A DNA stretch of 63,988 nt, filler included, from Asterionella formosa (lineage: Eukaryota): assembly GCA_002256025.1 (NCBI GenBank). It is 5 parts of 5 records of this genome, joined end to end, with 100 filler letters (N's around TTAATTAATTAA, not from the genome) between each part and the next. Parts side by side here need not be neighbours in the genome. Positions count along the whole stretch, not along the records: positions 12,937 to 25,770 come from NKIB01007152.1; positions 25,871 to 38,692 come from NKIB01007164.1; 3 more parts are not named here. One strand, 5' to 3'. Both the position numbers and the translations under genes were made by a program. Below the pieces are notes generated by a model. That model was not told the origin of the DNA. It ran no database searches and saw only the letters and a list, made by a program, of their open reading frames with translations. Position 1 is the stretch's first letter. Each line of letters begins with the position of its first letter. Shown in pieces: positions 23,671-35,100 of the stretch.

Positions 23671-25645
23671 GCTAACTTCAATGCGAAATCGTTGAACACT
23701 GGCTGCAGAGCGAGAATTCAAGGAGAGCGACCAACTGAACTACCGGTATCATCAGTATGTATACCGGGAGCTACCAGGTAACTGGTGCCGGTTGTATGTT
23801 GACTATCTGGTACCGGTAATGTATGGTAGTAATAGGGTACCTGGTACCACGCAGTTCCTATATATCGATCGGTAGCCGCCTTTTCATTACCACCGGTATA
23901 AATGGGGATGTCACATGACCACGAGTCACAGATCGATGATTAATACATACATAACGGTAGTCCCTCTGTTCAAAGAAGCTGCAACACGCTCAGCGACTAG
24001 CCCGGCTCGATCCATGTCCTTTTAAGAAGCCCTCTGTAGAAGTAATATGCATTTTCGAGTTGAGACGATGCTGGCGACAGGTGCGTCGGTTAGATTACCG
24101 GTGGTAGATTTACGCGAGTATAACACTAAATAGTCATACTTGTGGATCGTTTTGGGCTATTGATTTTCATTGACCACCAAACTGACCTGTATCTGTGTGT
24201 GTAACATCGGCTAAAAGTATGAAAGAGATATAGCTGAATACCGGTAGACGAAAATAATTCGTTCTACCGATGTCGAATGAATAGCTTAAGTTTTTTGCAC
24301 GCCCAGATTTATGGCGAGGTGGCCATCTATGTCAACGGTCTCATCAGCCTCCCTCTTGAGGTTGCGAAATCAGCAATTGACAATATATTGGTGCTGTTCT
24401 GGTTTTAAATCCGTGTTCTTATTCAGGTCTATGGACTACCAGGCGGGTCAACAAAACAGCATGGAGGGGGGGGGAGGGGGCAGAACAAACATTCCAATCG
24501 GGGTGCCATTCTACAAAATACACACCAAAAGATCGAGGTCATTTTCAGCTAATTCTAGCTTAACTACTAAGAACAAATATTATTTTCACCATCCAATTCG
24601 GAATAATTTAATAAGGGAAGGGCGCTTAGCTGGAGAATTATTGGAGCTTGTGCTTCAAGAGAGTCAGACAGTGACCTAGCTAAAGTTGCTTGCTTGGTTG
24701 GAACTATACTACTAGTTAAACAGAGGGAGTACATAGTAATACCGCTGCATGGGATCCATATTGCTCAGGGCGATACGAAATGGATTGTAACACATAAGAT
24801 TAATGTATGCATATATATATATATATATTGCTTTAATTGTCATCACCAGAGAAGGGAAAATCACCCTCAGCAAATATCCACGTAAAAGAAACTCTCTCAA
24901 AAATGACTTTAACTGGTATGCCTTCCACATGGTGGTTCTCCACTTCTGGCAATAAGCACCTGGCTGGTAGAGAAACAAGTGCGATTATAAGACTAGTTTT
25001 AATGTAATCTAAAATTTTACTTAAACAATAAACAATGGTGATAAGAGGTTAAATGTGTTTCTTTTCCTCTTTGTTGACTGGATATCTTGCATCAACAGCA
25101 ACAACAGACGAACTTGCTGGTGTCTGACTCTTGACATCAAGGAGTTATCACAATTGAATAGGAGAGGAATGAAAATGATCGAAGACGGGTGAGTCTAATA
25201 ACTGGCATGACAAGAAGAAGCTCTAGAGGAGATTGGAAGGTGGGTTTGCTTTAAAGAGTGACAAGAGTAAATTAATATCATAGAAGAACAAAAAAAGTTA
25301 GAATAGGTTCCGTCAGACAAACAAGCATATGATTAGAGTGACACATCATAAAGTACGGTACCGGTAGGGATTCCTACACCTTTTTCATCGCGAAAAATAT
25401 TTAGCTATATTTTTAGGAGTACCGATGCCGGTACATACCGGTAAGTGTTTATGGCTGACTGCTGAATGCATTTGTGTGTGATTGTGATGTCCCGGTATGT
25501 ACCGGTGGTACCTGGTACTGGTACCAGGTACCCTGGTGCCACCAGGTAATTGGGAATCATGAAGTTTGTTTCATTACTGTACGGTAAATGTGGTATGGAA
25601 CATGCTTGTTATGTACCGGTACTTGAGTAAATACCGATATATATA

Positions 25646-25770
25646 CCGTATACTTCATTGTCCTGGACCCCCCAATGTACACTGCCGTGACTGAATTTGA
25701 CTGATTTTACTTAAGGGGGGCCCAGGACAATGAAGAGATTTCCCTTATAATGGACCTAAGTAAATTTCTT
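25646..25770 (+). mobile_element. Left end of the same TA-flanked TIR family (truncated by scaffold end)
   Basis: TA|CCGTATACTTCATTGTCCTGGACCCCCCAATGTACACTG, nearly identical to 16175 onward. Confidence 0.85.
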
Positions 25771-25870
25771 NNNNNNNNNNNNNNNNNNNNNNNNNNNNNN
25801 NNNNNNNNNNNNNNTTAATTAATTAANNNNNNNNNNNNNNNNNNNNNNNNNNNNNNNNNNNNNNNNNNNN
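25771..25870. other. Artificial scaffold linker
   Basis: N-TTAATTAATTAA-N, 100 nt. Confidence 0.97.
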
Positions 25871-26027
25871 CCCTGTGGTGATTTCTGTGCTTTATGGTGT
25901 ACAAGTATATGCATACAACCCTATGATTCATGATGTACTCTTGTGACACTAATCCTATGGGATGAATCTTGCTGGTGGCCTGGTGATAGTCATCCATGAT
26001 TAGCTACCCCTCCTCATGTATGAACCG

Positions 26028-26685
26028 TGTCCTGGATCCCCCTGCACATTTTTCTCGAGGTGGTACCACCAAACACCAAATAATTTTCTAGATATGGACA
26101 AATTAATGTGCGTTAATTCTGTTGACCCAACTAGTAAGTAGGCATTTGTACATAATTATTTAGCTGAAAATGAGATTTCTGTGTATATATAAAACGCTGA
26201 AGTAAAATGGTTGTGGTTGTGAGAATCCGGAGAATCCTGCATTGTCTCATGTCGTCTCTGCCTTGACCATGACAAATATAACGAATCTCTCCATGGAAAC
26301 TGAGAAAAAATTAACATCACTTATATCAAATGCTTTAAGAGTACTCATTTGCTAGAAGGGTAGGTTGCGTAGCACTTCCTGGCGCTGCCAGCTTAAAAAC
26401 ACTAATATTGACAACGAGAATTGAAGTTGATGATAGCACCTACTAACCAGTGATGTCGCATTTTTCTTGCAAGGTGAATAACTTTCTCAGTTTTCACTTG
26501 ACAGAAATAGTGAACATATGAATAATTTTTAGAATGAAATGCGCCATCCTGTAGAACTAATAAAATTTACTTAGGTTTCATTTAAGGGAAATCTTCAACA
26601 TTTTCCTGGATCTCTCATTAGTAAAATCAGTCAAAATCAGTCATGGCAGTGTACATTGGGGGGTCCAGGACACTGAAATATACGG
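26028..26685 (-). mobile_element. Third copy of the TIR family, with a different interior
   Basis: Ends GTCCAGGACACTGAAATATACGG|TA. Its reverse complement aligns by eye to 16175-16440 and 17145-17275 but lacks the recombinase fragment. Confidence 0.8.
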
Positions 26686-27501
26686 TACTCATGTCATCAT
26701 GCTATTCCTATGATACATACATAATTTTGGTGGCCCAGTCAAAATCGTCCATACTTAATGTGTGGCCTCTGCTGCTTTGCCTAGGACTCTCTCTTCTACT
26801 CAACCCATAGAGGATAGGGATGATTAATTTGAAGGCTTTTTCTGGATTGCTGTACAACACATTGTTGCCTCTCCTTATCTCCTTAGTCAGTTGAGCTTGC
26901 TTTCGAAGTCAACAGGGCTTCAGACTATTCTTCAGTTTTGATCAGTTATGCTTTCGAAGTCAGTCAGTCAGTCAGCAAGTTTGACAAAACAATGTTGAGT
27001 TTATTCTTTTTCAATTGCTGGTGTGCACAGCGTTGTCGGGGTGTGAAAACGGGGTTGCTCCGTAAATCACGATTCAGGTTACAGTACGGTAGGTGATAGC
27101 ATCATATGAATTGTAACTAATTCCTCCATAATAAATGTATGCACCCATATNNNNNNNNNNNNNNNNNNNNNNNNNNNNNNNNNNNNNNNNNNNNNNNNNN
27201 NNNNNNNNNNNNNNNNNNNNNNNNNNNNNNNNNNNNNNNNNNNNNNNNNNNNNNNNNNNNNNNNNNNNNNNNNNNNNNNNNNNNNNNNNNNNNNNNNNNN
27301 NNNNNNNNNNNNNNNNNNNNNNNNNNNNNNNNNNNNNNNNNNNNNNNNNNNNNNNNNNNNNNNNNNNNNNNNNNNNNNNNNNNNNNNNNNNNNNNNNNNN
27401 NNNNNNNNNNNNNNNNNNNNNNNNNNNNNNNNTACTATTAGGAGGAGTGCATTAAATCACAGTCCAGTCCAGTCCATTCCATTCCTGTCCAGTCCAACAT
27501 C

Positions 27502-29784
27502 ATGGTAAAAGCACGGCATTCTGGAGGGAATAACGACGATGCCAAACATGAGCAGGCTCTCCAGGCCGTTCTTTTGGCGGACAGCTTCACGAGGACCTTT
27601 CGCCCCCTCTCTCTCGACAAGTCCAAGGTGCTTTGCCCACTCAACAACGTGCCTATGATTGATTACGCCATGGAGTTTCTGGCTGGAGCTGGTGTGGAAG
27701 AGGTCTTTGTGGTTTGTCTATTTGATGAGGTGGAAGCGCATATTTTGCAAAATGCGTGGGCACAGTCGTCCATCCAAGTTACCGTTGTCAAGGATTCTAG
27801 TCTGACCAATGCAGGAGACGCTCTGAGAGAGCTGGACAAGAGAAATCTGGTAAAGAGCGATCCCTTCATTTTGATGTATGGCGATACTGTTACAAATGTG
27901 GACATTGTTCCGGCTCTAGAGGTGCACAAGCAGCGACACAAGAAGGACAACAGTGCCATTATGACTATGCTTTTCAAGCGCACAGGAGGCTGGCAAGTCG
28001 AAGGCGAATCCGTCTCCTTCTCTTCTATTCGGGCTGTCAGTGACGACTTGGTCGTCGGTTTGGACCCTACACAATCCAACCGCATTTTGGTCTTCGATGA
28101 TCACTCGCGACAGAAATCATCGGCTGTTCCCTGCTCCTTCTTTGCGTCCCATGCAAGGCTGGATCTTCACACTGATTTGCTTGACTGTGGAATCGATATT
28201 TGCTCTCCAGATGTGCTTGCTAGATTTTCAGATGAGTTTGATTATCGTGACATTCGCCGAGAGTTTGTTGCAAATAGTGTTGCAGAAGAGGAAGAGGGGC
28301 TCCAGAACAAGATTTTCGCCCACATTCTCAAGGATTCGGAATATGCGGCTCGTGTTCACGACTTTTCTTCCTATGCAGCCATTTCTCAAGATTTGTTGCG
28401 AAGATGGTGCTATCCTGTGGTCCCAGACAATTTGCCGAGTGGGTATGAAAGGAACTTTCGCTATGCGTTGCAACGTCATTACCTGTACCGCGAAACGAAG
28501 CAAGGAATAACGAAGATTGGTAGATCATCGACAATAAATGGCGCAGGTATGGTAGGGGGACAATGTCTGATTGGGAATGATTGCAAGATTGAAAGAACAG
28601 TGATTGGAAATTGTTGTGAAATTGCTTCGGGTGTGACGCTAAAAGGTTCGTTTTTGTGGGACAGAGTCCACATCGAAGGAGGAGCAACTGTCATTGAATC
28701 TATTCTCGCCGAGGATTGTATCATCAAGGAGGGAGCTAAAATTAATCGCGGTTGCATTATCGGACGAGGCTGTGTGATTGGAAAAGGCGTAGAGCTCCCT
28801 GCTTTCACCAGAATCACTCAAATGGAGGAACGCGAAGAAAACTTCCAATGTAATAGCTTTGATGACTTCTCGGACGAAGATGAGGAGAGTCAAGGCAATG
28901 GAGACGAACAGCATGATGGTGCTGGGAAGTCCCATGTCAATGTCGTAGGATCTGACGGACTAGGTCGATTGTGGAAACCAGTTGTCGGGGAAGATAGTGA
29001 CGACGACGAGGAAGATCCTATTGCAGTCGTCAAGGCTCAAAGTATCGGTTTCGATCCAAAAATATTCTATAAGGAACGAATGGAAGCGCAGAAAGAAGGA
29101 GATGATACGTTCAGTGAAGATGGTGACGAAGATATGCAAGACTTTGAAAACTACAATGGTGATAGTGCTGTCACATTTGGTGCCAGCACAAACGTGGACG
29201 AACAGGGATTCTTGATTGCCGGACGACAGCGAGGTGTGGATGTATTAAAAGAACTCAAGGCAATTTGTCTTGAACACGAAGAGACTTCGCCAGTCGAGAA
29301 TTTGGCGATCGAGTTGAATTCTTTCAAGTTTAGCCAGAATGCTTCGTATTCAGACTGCACCATGGCCGCATTATTGGCCGTTCTTGAAAAAATGAACATA
29401 AATCCTGAACTATCTGCTGGAAAGTTAGTGGCGTCATTGAAAAATAGTTTGGAGCATTGGGCGCCACTGCTACGCAAAATGAGCATAGGTTTGGAGGAGG
29501 AAAAGTCATTAATTTTGGCTCTCGAGTTAGCGGCAACTGGCGGTGGCCCCATGGGCGACACTTTGACGAAGGAACCCTATTTTCGTTTCATGTTACAGAC
29601 TCTTCATGATCAAGAGGTGGTAAGCGAAGATGCTATCTTGTTATGGGCAACAGAACGACGAGCGGAAGATAAAGGGAGTGCAACTGGCCTGATTTTCAAT
29701 CAACAGCCGACTCAAGACTTTTTGGATTGGCTCGAAGAGGACGACGACGATGAAAGCGATGATGAGGAAAGTGATAATGAATAA
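27502..29784 (+). CDS. EIF2B5: Translation initiation factor eIF2B subunit epsilon
   Basis: LQAVLLADSF..FRPLS NTP-transferase-like domain, hexapeptide beta-helix, C-terminal W2 domain (ELNSFKFSQN, EDAILLW, FLDWLEE). Intronless, 760 aa. Confidence 0.96.
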   Translation: MVKARHSGGNNDDAKHEQALQAVLLADSFTRTFRPLSLDKSKVLCPLNNVPMIDYAMEFLAGAGVEEVFVVCLFDEVEAHILQNAWAQSSIQVTVVKDSSLTNAGDALRELDKRNLVKSDPFILMYGDTVTNVDIVPALEVHKQRHKKDNSAIMTMLFKRTGGWQVEGESVSFSSIRAVSDDLVVGLDPTQSNRILVFDDHSRQKSSAVPCSFFASHARLDLHTDLLDCGIDICSPDVLARFSDEFDYRDIRREFVANSVAEEEEGLQNKIFAHILKDSEYAARVHDFSSYAAISQDLLRRWCYPVVPDNLPSGYERNFRYALQRHYLYRETKQGITKIGRSSTINGAGMVGGQCLIGNDCKIERTVIGNCCEIASGVTLKGSFLWDRVHIEGGATVIESILAEDCIIKEGAKINRGCIIGRGCVIGKGVELPAFTRITQMEEREENFQCNSFDDFSDEDEESQGNGDEQHDGAGKSHVNVVGSDGLGRLWKPVVGEDSDDDEEDPIAVVKAQSIGFDPKIFYKERMEAQKEGDDTFSEDGDEDMQDFENYNGDSAVTFGASTNVDEQGFLIAGRQRGVDVLKELKAICLEHEETSPVENLAIELNSFKFSQNASYSDCTMAALLAVLEKMNINPELSAGKLVASLKNSLEHWAPLLRKMSIGLEEEKSLILALELAATGGGPMGDTLTKEPYFRFMLQTLHDQEVVSEDAILLWATERRAEDKGSATGLIFNQQPTQDFLDWLEEDDDDESDDEESDNE

Positions 29785-29937
29785 AATAATTATTGATCAA
29801 CGAACAGTTTATACTGCACTCCTGTAGTAGATATGGTTGTGTCCCTGTGATGACGTGTAATCACTCCATCCATCCGCTGTATTTTAGTACAGCAGATGTG
29901 TAAATGTTCACGTGTCAACGTCGGACTAATAATGCGA

Positions 29938-30450
29938 CTACCGGTACTGCAGGTCCTTGGGATCATCAAGATCAGCAAAGCCTTCCTCAAACCGCTGCTT
30001 CTCATGAGGAGTGCGGGCAGAATGATCCATCTCAGAAAATTTGTCATCATATACGCTCATCAAAAGCTCCTTTTCCTGCATCGAAAGTAGTTCAATTCCT
30101 GATTGCAAACAATCCACCAAAACTTCGACATCAAGATGATTGCCTTCTGATTCCCTCAGAGTCTCTAAACTATCCGCAAATGCATCAGTAATCATTTCCA
30201 TGTAGAGGGTGCGAAATCTACTGTCATCGAAATCATCTCCTTCCTCGTTTTCTCCTTTTTTCCAGGCTTCCGTCACTTCGCGGCGGGCCATTTCGAGTTG
30301 ATCGAAGATATCTTGCGGATTCTTCCACGCCGAATTCGGATCTGATGGATCCTGTGCTGCAAACCTTTCGAGGAGACTGCAACACCGAATTGAAGCTTCG
30401 TTGACCCGACGGGATCTATCCATATTCTTTCTTTCAATCATGTCCGTCAT
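29938..30450 (-). CDS. Hypothetical acidic helical protein
   Basis: Open frame with YMEMITDAFADSLETLRE..LVDCLQSG. Start assumed at MTDMIER. Confidence 0.7.
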   Translation of the reverse strand: MTDMIERKNMDRSRRVNEASIRCCSLLERFAAQDPSDPNSAWKNPQDIFDQLEMARREVTEAWKKGENEEGDDFDDSRFRTLYMEMITDAFADSLETLRESEGNHLDVEVLVDCLQSGIELLSMQEKELLMSVYDDKFSEMDHSARTPHEKQRFEEGFADLDDPKDLQYR

Positions 30451-31228
30451 GACGAACACACAGTGCGGATAGCTACTTTGTACCCTCTTTTGTTTTCTTG
30501 CTTGTCTCGTTAGTTTTTTACATGTCAATTCCCCTTTCTGAACCACGGCTGTCGAATTTATTTTGTTGTGGTGATGCGTTTATAATATGGGGTCCTCACT
30601 CACGTAAAGCAGTATAATAATGCTCCTTGCTTCCTGTCTGGAAGGGTGCGGTAATTGCGCACTCTGCGCGCTTTTTTTTTGTTTCAGCCTGTGCAGGGCT
30701 TCGAAACTACAACCAACTGTTAGAGTCGGCTGGCTTGCTAGCCAATTTTTTAAAAAGTAAATGCAAATTATAACCGCAATTACGAAAAGGTAATAACTGC
30801 TAAACCGTGCCAACTTTCAGAGATCAAATTTATTTAGCAATGAGCAAAGATTTTGGGTAGTGAGCAAAAAAATTAGGGATAGAGNNNNNNNNNNNNNNNN
30901 NNNNNNNNNNNNNNNNNNNNNNNNNNNNNNNNNNNNNNNNNNNNNNNNNNNNNNNNNNNNNNNNNNNNNNNNNNNNNNNNNNNNNNNNNNNNNNNNNNNN
31001 NNNNNNNNNNNNNNNNNNNNNNNNNNNNNNNNNNNNNNNNNNNNNNNNNNNNNNNNNNNNNNNNNNNNNNNNNNNNNNNNNNNNNNNNNNNNNNNNNNNN
31101 NNNNNNNNNNNNNNNNNNNNNNNNNNNNNNNNNNNNNNNNNNNNNNNNNNNNNNNNNNNNNNNNNNNNNNNNNNNNNNNNNNNNNNNNNNNNNNNNNNNN
31201 NNNNNNNNNNNNNNNNNNNNNNNNNNNN

Positions 31229-31630
31229 AAAGTTAGCATATGTTCTGTAGTCTCATACTCATGACAGTGAGGACAATCATAGTTTCCTTTGGTAGTGGAT
31301 AGCTCTGCAAGATCCTGTTGGAAGTCATCCATGAATGAACTTTGATAACATCACTTGCTCTTATCCCCTTTCCTTTTGAAATGCCTGGGGAAAGCGACCC
31401 AATTGACCATGTTGTCTGGGAATGCTATGCTGTGCTTGTTCATGAAGAATGTGTTTTTCCTGTCTGCAAAGCCTCATCCTATGAGGCATGGAGCTATGGA
31501 TTCTCATTTTCCCAATACTTCAGCTTGCTTCCATGGAAGGGAAATGGAAAGAATTGGCTTTAGGATGATCAGCATGTCCCTTTGGGTGTTGGACCAAGTA
31601 TTGATCAGCCAGGTGATCCACTCTGATATT
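31229..31630 (-). mobile_element. Non-LTR retrotransposon (LINE) 3' ORF remnant
   Basis: CPHCHEYETTEHML resembles the C-terminal CCHC finger of LINE ORF2. The upstream sequence is degenerate. Confidence 0.45.
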
Positions 31631-31637
31631 CAGGACC

Positions 31638-31818
31638 AAATATTCCTGAAATTTATACCTAGTGATACATGGATAAACATATTTTCATATATTACATTGT
31701 TATTTATAACTGCCAAAAAATTTGCGTTTGTGTTAACCCAATATTTGGGTTATGGGTACAACAATTTGTGTTTAATGCACATGATACAATATTTTCTTGA
31801 CATCAGAGTGTGTCCAGT
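31638..31818 (+). repeat. Dispersed copy of the Harbinger-terminal segment at 41279-41503
   Basis: Shares AAATATTCC, TGTTATTTATAA, AAAAAATTTGYGTTTGTGTT, GGGTTATGGGTACAAC, CACATGATA and ATCAGAG..CCAGT in the same order. Confidence 0.75.
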
Positions 31819-32100
31819 TGAACCACAGCTGCTACAAATTCTGATATCAAGGAAGTGGACGGACATAGCTGTTTCCAGGAGGAGCACTGCACCACAATGA
31901 TGCCATATGCCTAGTGCTTTCATTCATCTATTTCGGAACATGAAATGCCACATACATGGTAAAATCAGCGTAAGTCAGTTCCTGAAGTTGGATGTGATTG
32001 TAGTAAAAAAAGGAGTCCATATGAATCACACATATTTCAGATTAATGCCATAAAGGATAATCTATGGAATAGGTTTGAAAACCTTCATCTCTCAAATTCA

Positions 32101-35100
32101 TTACTTAGCACAAATTGAGGGTCCCAATTGTTTCAAGAAAACCTCCTGGACCAAAATGCGAATTTCGTCACTCTGGACTCCAATCAAAGAACATAAGATC
32201 GGAAATAAACTCTTCTGGTGCCTCTGGAATTGTTCAAGGCTTATGCTGAGCATGACATTCAAGACATTAACAACGACTTTTGCAAATGATGTACAGAAGA
32301 TTGCTAGTTTGCCCCCGCTCTCACTTGCGTTATGCCAAACGTTGGGATCAATTAAATGACCATCGCGTCTTTCCGATTCCAAGAATCTCGTCAAAACATC
32401 AAATATTGTTTCAAATAAGAAAGGTTCCGCGAAGCTTTCCCTTTCCCACTTTGCAATGCACTGACTTTCCCGGGATTGGTAGAGGATTGCGAGCATCTGA
32501 ATAATGTTGTTAGTTGCACCGGAATCTTGTGTTAAGAAAAACATAGCACTCCCCCGTCGTTGAGTCATCCGACCCGTTTTTGACAACGCTGCTTCGACTT
32601 CTTCAACGCCATCCCCCCACTCACTGATCATTGCTTCTTGGAAAGCGTGGGACAAATCTTCATCAGCACATGCTTTCTCCGACATCAATCGAGATTTGTT
32701 TAAAGACTCCAATAAGATTGAGACAACAGATTTATCCGTGTAAGGCAACAGTGATCTCGTCAGATCGTTGAGGTAATGCTGCAAGCAGTAAACAGCTACG
32801 CATCGAACCTTCAAAGATGGGACGAGATTCTGCCACCAACTCTCCTTGGTTAAGCTTTCGGAAGGGGATTTTGGAACGAAATCCCTCCCTGGACTGTTTC
32901 CTATTGCTTTATGTTTCTTCGTTGGCTCTACTGACGGACCTGCATGGTGCTTTGTGGAGCCTGCAGCAGGTCGATACAAGGTTCCACCAAAGTCGAGTTT
33001 AATGACATTGATAAGTGTAGACACATAGGTGCCGTCCGCGAGCTTGTACATGTCATTTCTCGTCTCGACAACCTTACCCTTTCCATACGGAGTATAGAGA
33101 ATTACCTCGACAGGAGAACCTCCATCATCTTCATCGCTTCCTTCTTCGTCATCTCCTGCTATGCCGTATGCCTTGAGTTTTAATCGTACGAGCTCCTCGT
33201 GAATTCGAGTCTCGATTGTCACAATCTTTAAAAGACTATCCGCAATACAATCAAAGACAGAAGCAGCCCATGAAGTGCTGTCCTCGCGATCGAGACTTGG
33301 AATCGCCACAAGTAAACGGAGAGGAAAGCGGTGAAATTCCTTGCACGCAATGCGCACTAGAGCTTCACATGGTTGCCATAGCTCGTCGACATCCCCCACA
33401 ACTTCGACCTCCTTGGATGGGCGACCGATCGCCCACATTTGGTACATCTTTAAAATCCGTGGCCACAAGATCTCTCGTCCGCTTTTACCACGTTTCATTG
33501 CAATCTCGCTACCAATATCGGTCATCATACCGAGAGCAACTGGAGCTGTGGTCGCAATCCAGCTATCAGGGAATGGTTGCTCGCTCATTTTGGCTTGCAT
33601 ATCCTTTTTCGCCAACTCATAGGCCCGACTTAAATTTCCATCCCCTCCGTGCCTCATGTCAGTGAAACTTGCCTCAACAAGGAGTTCGGCCTTCCCCAGT
33701 GCTCTTGACGGCGCACTCTCGGCTTGCTGTGCTTGCTGCGCAAACAAAACCAGCCCCTCATCATCGTGAGGAGGGGGGAGGCGTTGAGGTTCCGCAAGAA
33801 AGTCAAGACTAGAAACAGTCGGGGACTCGGAAATAATGGACACAACAGGCGAAACATCAGTCATTGCAGCCTCTTGTAGCGCTGGAAGAATAGTTTGGTC
33901 TATAATCACGGCCCATTGAGTACTCGAAAACAAATGTCCATGACGAAGCAAAATTGCACGTAATGCGAGCACGCTCCCTCGCTGAACAAGGCAACCAACA
34001 CCGCCAGCATTACTGAGCAAAGTCGACTTTATACCTTCTGCGAGTCCATCGAGGAGGGATCGCCACAACACCATCTCCAAAGCCTCATCGTTTGATAGAC
34101 CGTCGTAGGTATAGCCTGTTCCGTGAGGATCCGTAGACTGTGCACCAGAGACAGGTGGAAGCACTCGACGGTCAGCAAGGAGGTCAGCATAGCAAGCAGT
34201 ATGACAAAGCGCCCGCATCGAGAGTCCGATTGGAAGGGATGACGTACTTCTGCTCGTTTGAACAAAAGATAGAGATGCTCGACACAAGCCAACAAAATCA
34301 TCAACATTCGCATTTCGGTTCCTCTTTTCGAGAGCTGAAATCTGTTTTTCGTCACCATTTGCCTCTTCCCTCTCTTCCGCGTCGGTGAGTCTACAGAGCT
34401 GGTGAAGATGTTCGTCAAGTAGGCGCTGGAGAATCGCCAATCCCAATGTATTGATTCTTTCATTTGAATCGCTGGCAGATCGAGTCAAAATCGAAAAGAA
34501 TATTTTCCACCCACTTCGAAGGTTGTGTGATTTGGTACGGATCATATTGTCAACGCACCGCAGAATTAGTTCTCGAATGTCTTCTCGCGTCACTGGATTC
34601 TCCATGATTTGAAGGAAAGGTCGCAAAAAAATTCTTTGAAAATTGAATTCTGAGCGTTCGGGCTTCTCCAAAAACTTGAAACTGAGTTGCTTCAACGAAT
34701 CTATCGCAAAAATACTGACCATAGCATTCTTATTGCATCCAATTTTCGTGAAATGCTCAGCCATGATTTCCCAAACTTGTGCCCATGCAAGACGAGGACG
34801 AACGTCCATGTTATAGTCGGCAACCTCAACTAAGCGCTGCAATGAAAAAATACGAGGCCCATCATCGCCACCAGTCGTAGAGTCTGTTCTTATCTTCCCG
34901 TCGCCCATGGCTCTTGTTGAAGCTCCAACCCCAGCAATAGTTCTCCTAGTGTTTCCAGCAATTTCGGTTGCTGACACCGCAACAAGCTGTTCGATAAAAT
35001 GAGTGATACTTCGCGCGGAAAGGTTTACTGTTGATGTGAAGACTTTGTCGATCAAAACTTCGTTCAGGGCTGCCACAACGGCTCGACTGTTTCCCTCTTC

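Noticed and set aside
25646..26685. A single TIR element spanning 25646-26685
   Set aside because: The two apparent ends are both left ends, and they lie on different scaffolds separated by an artificial linker.
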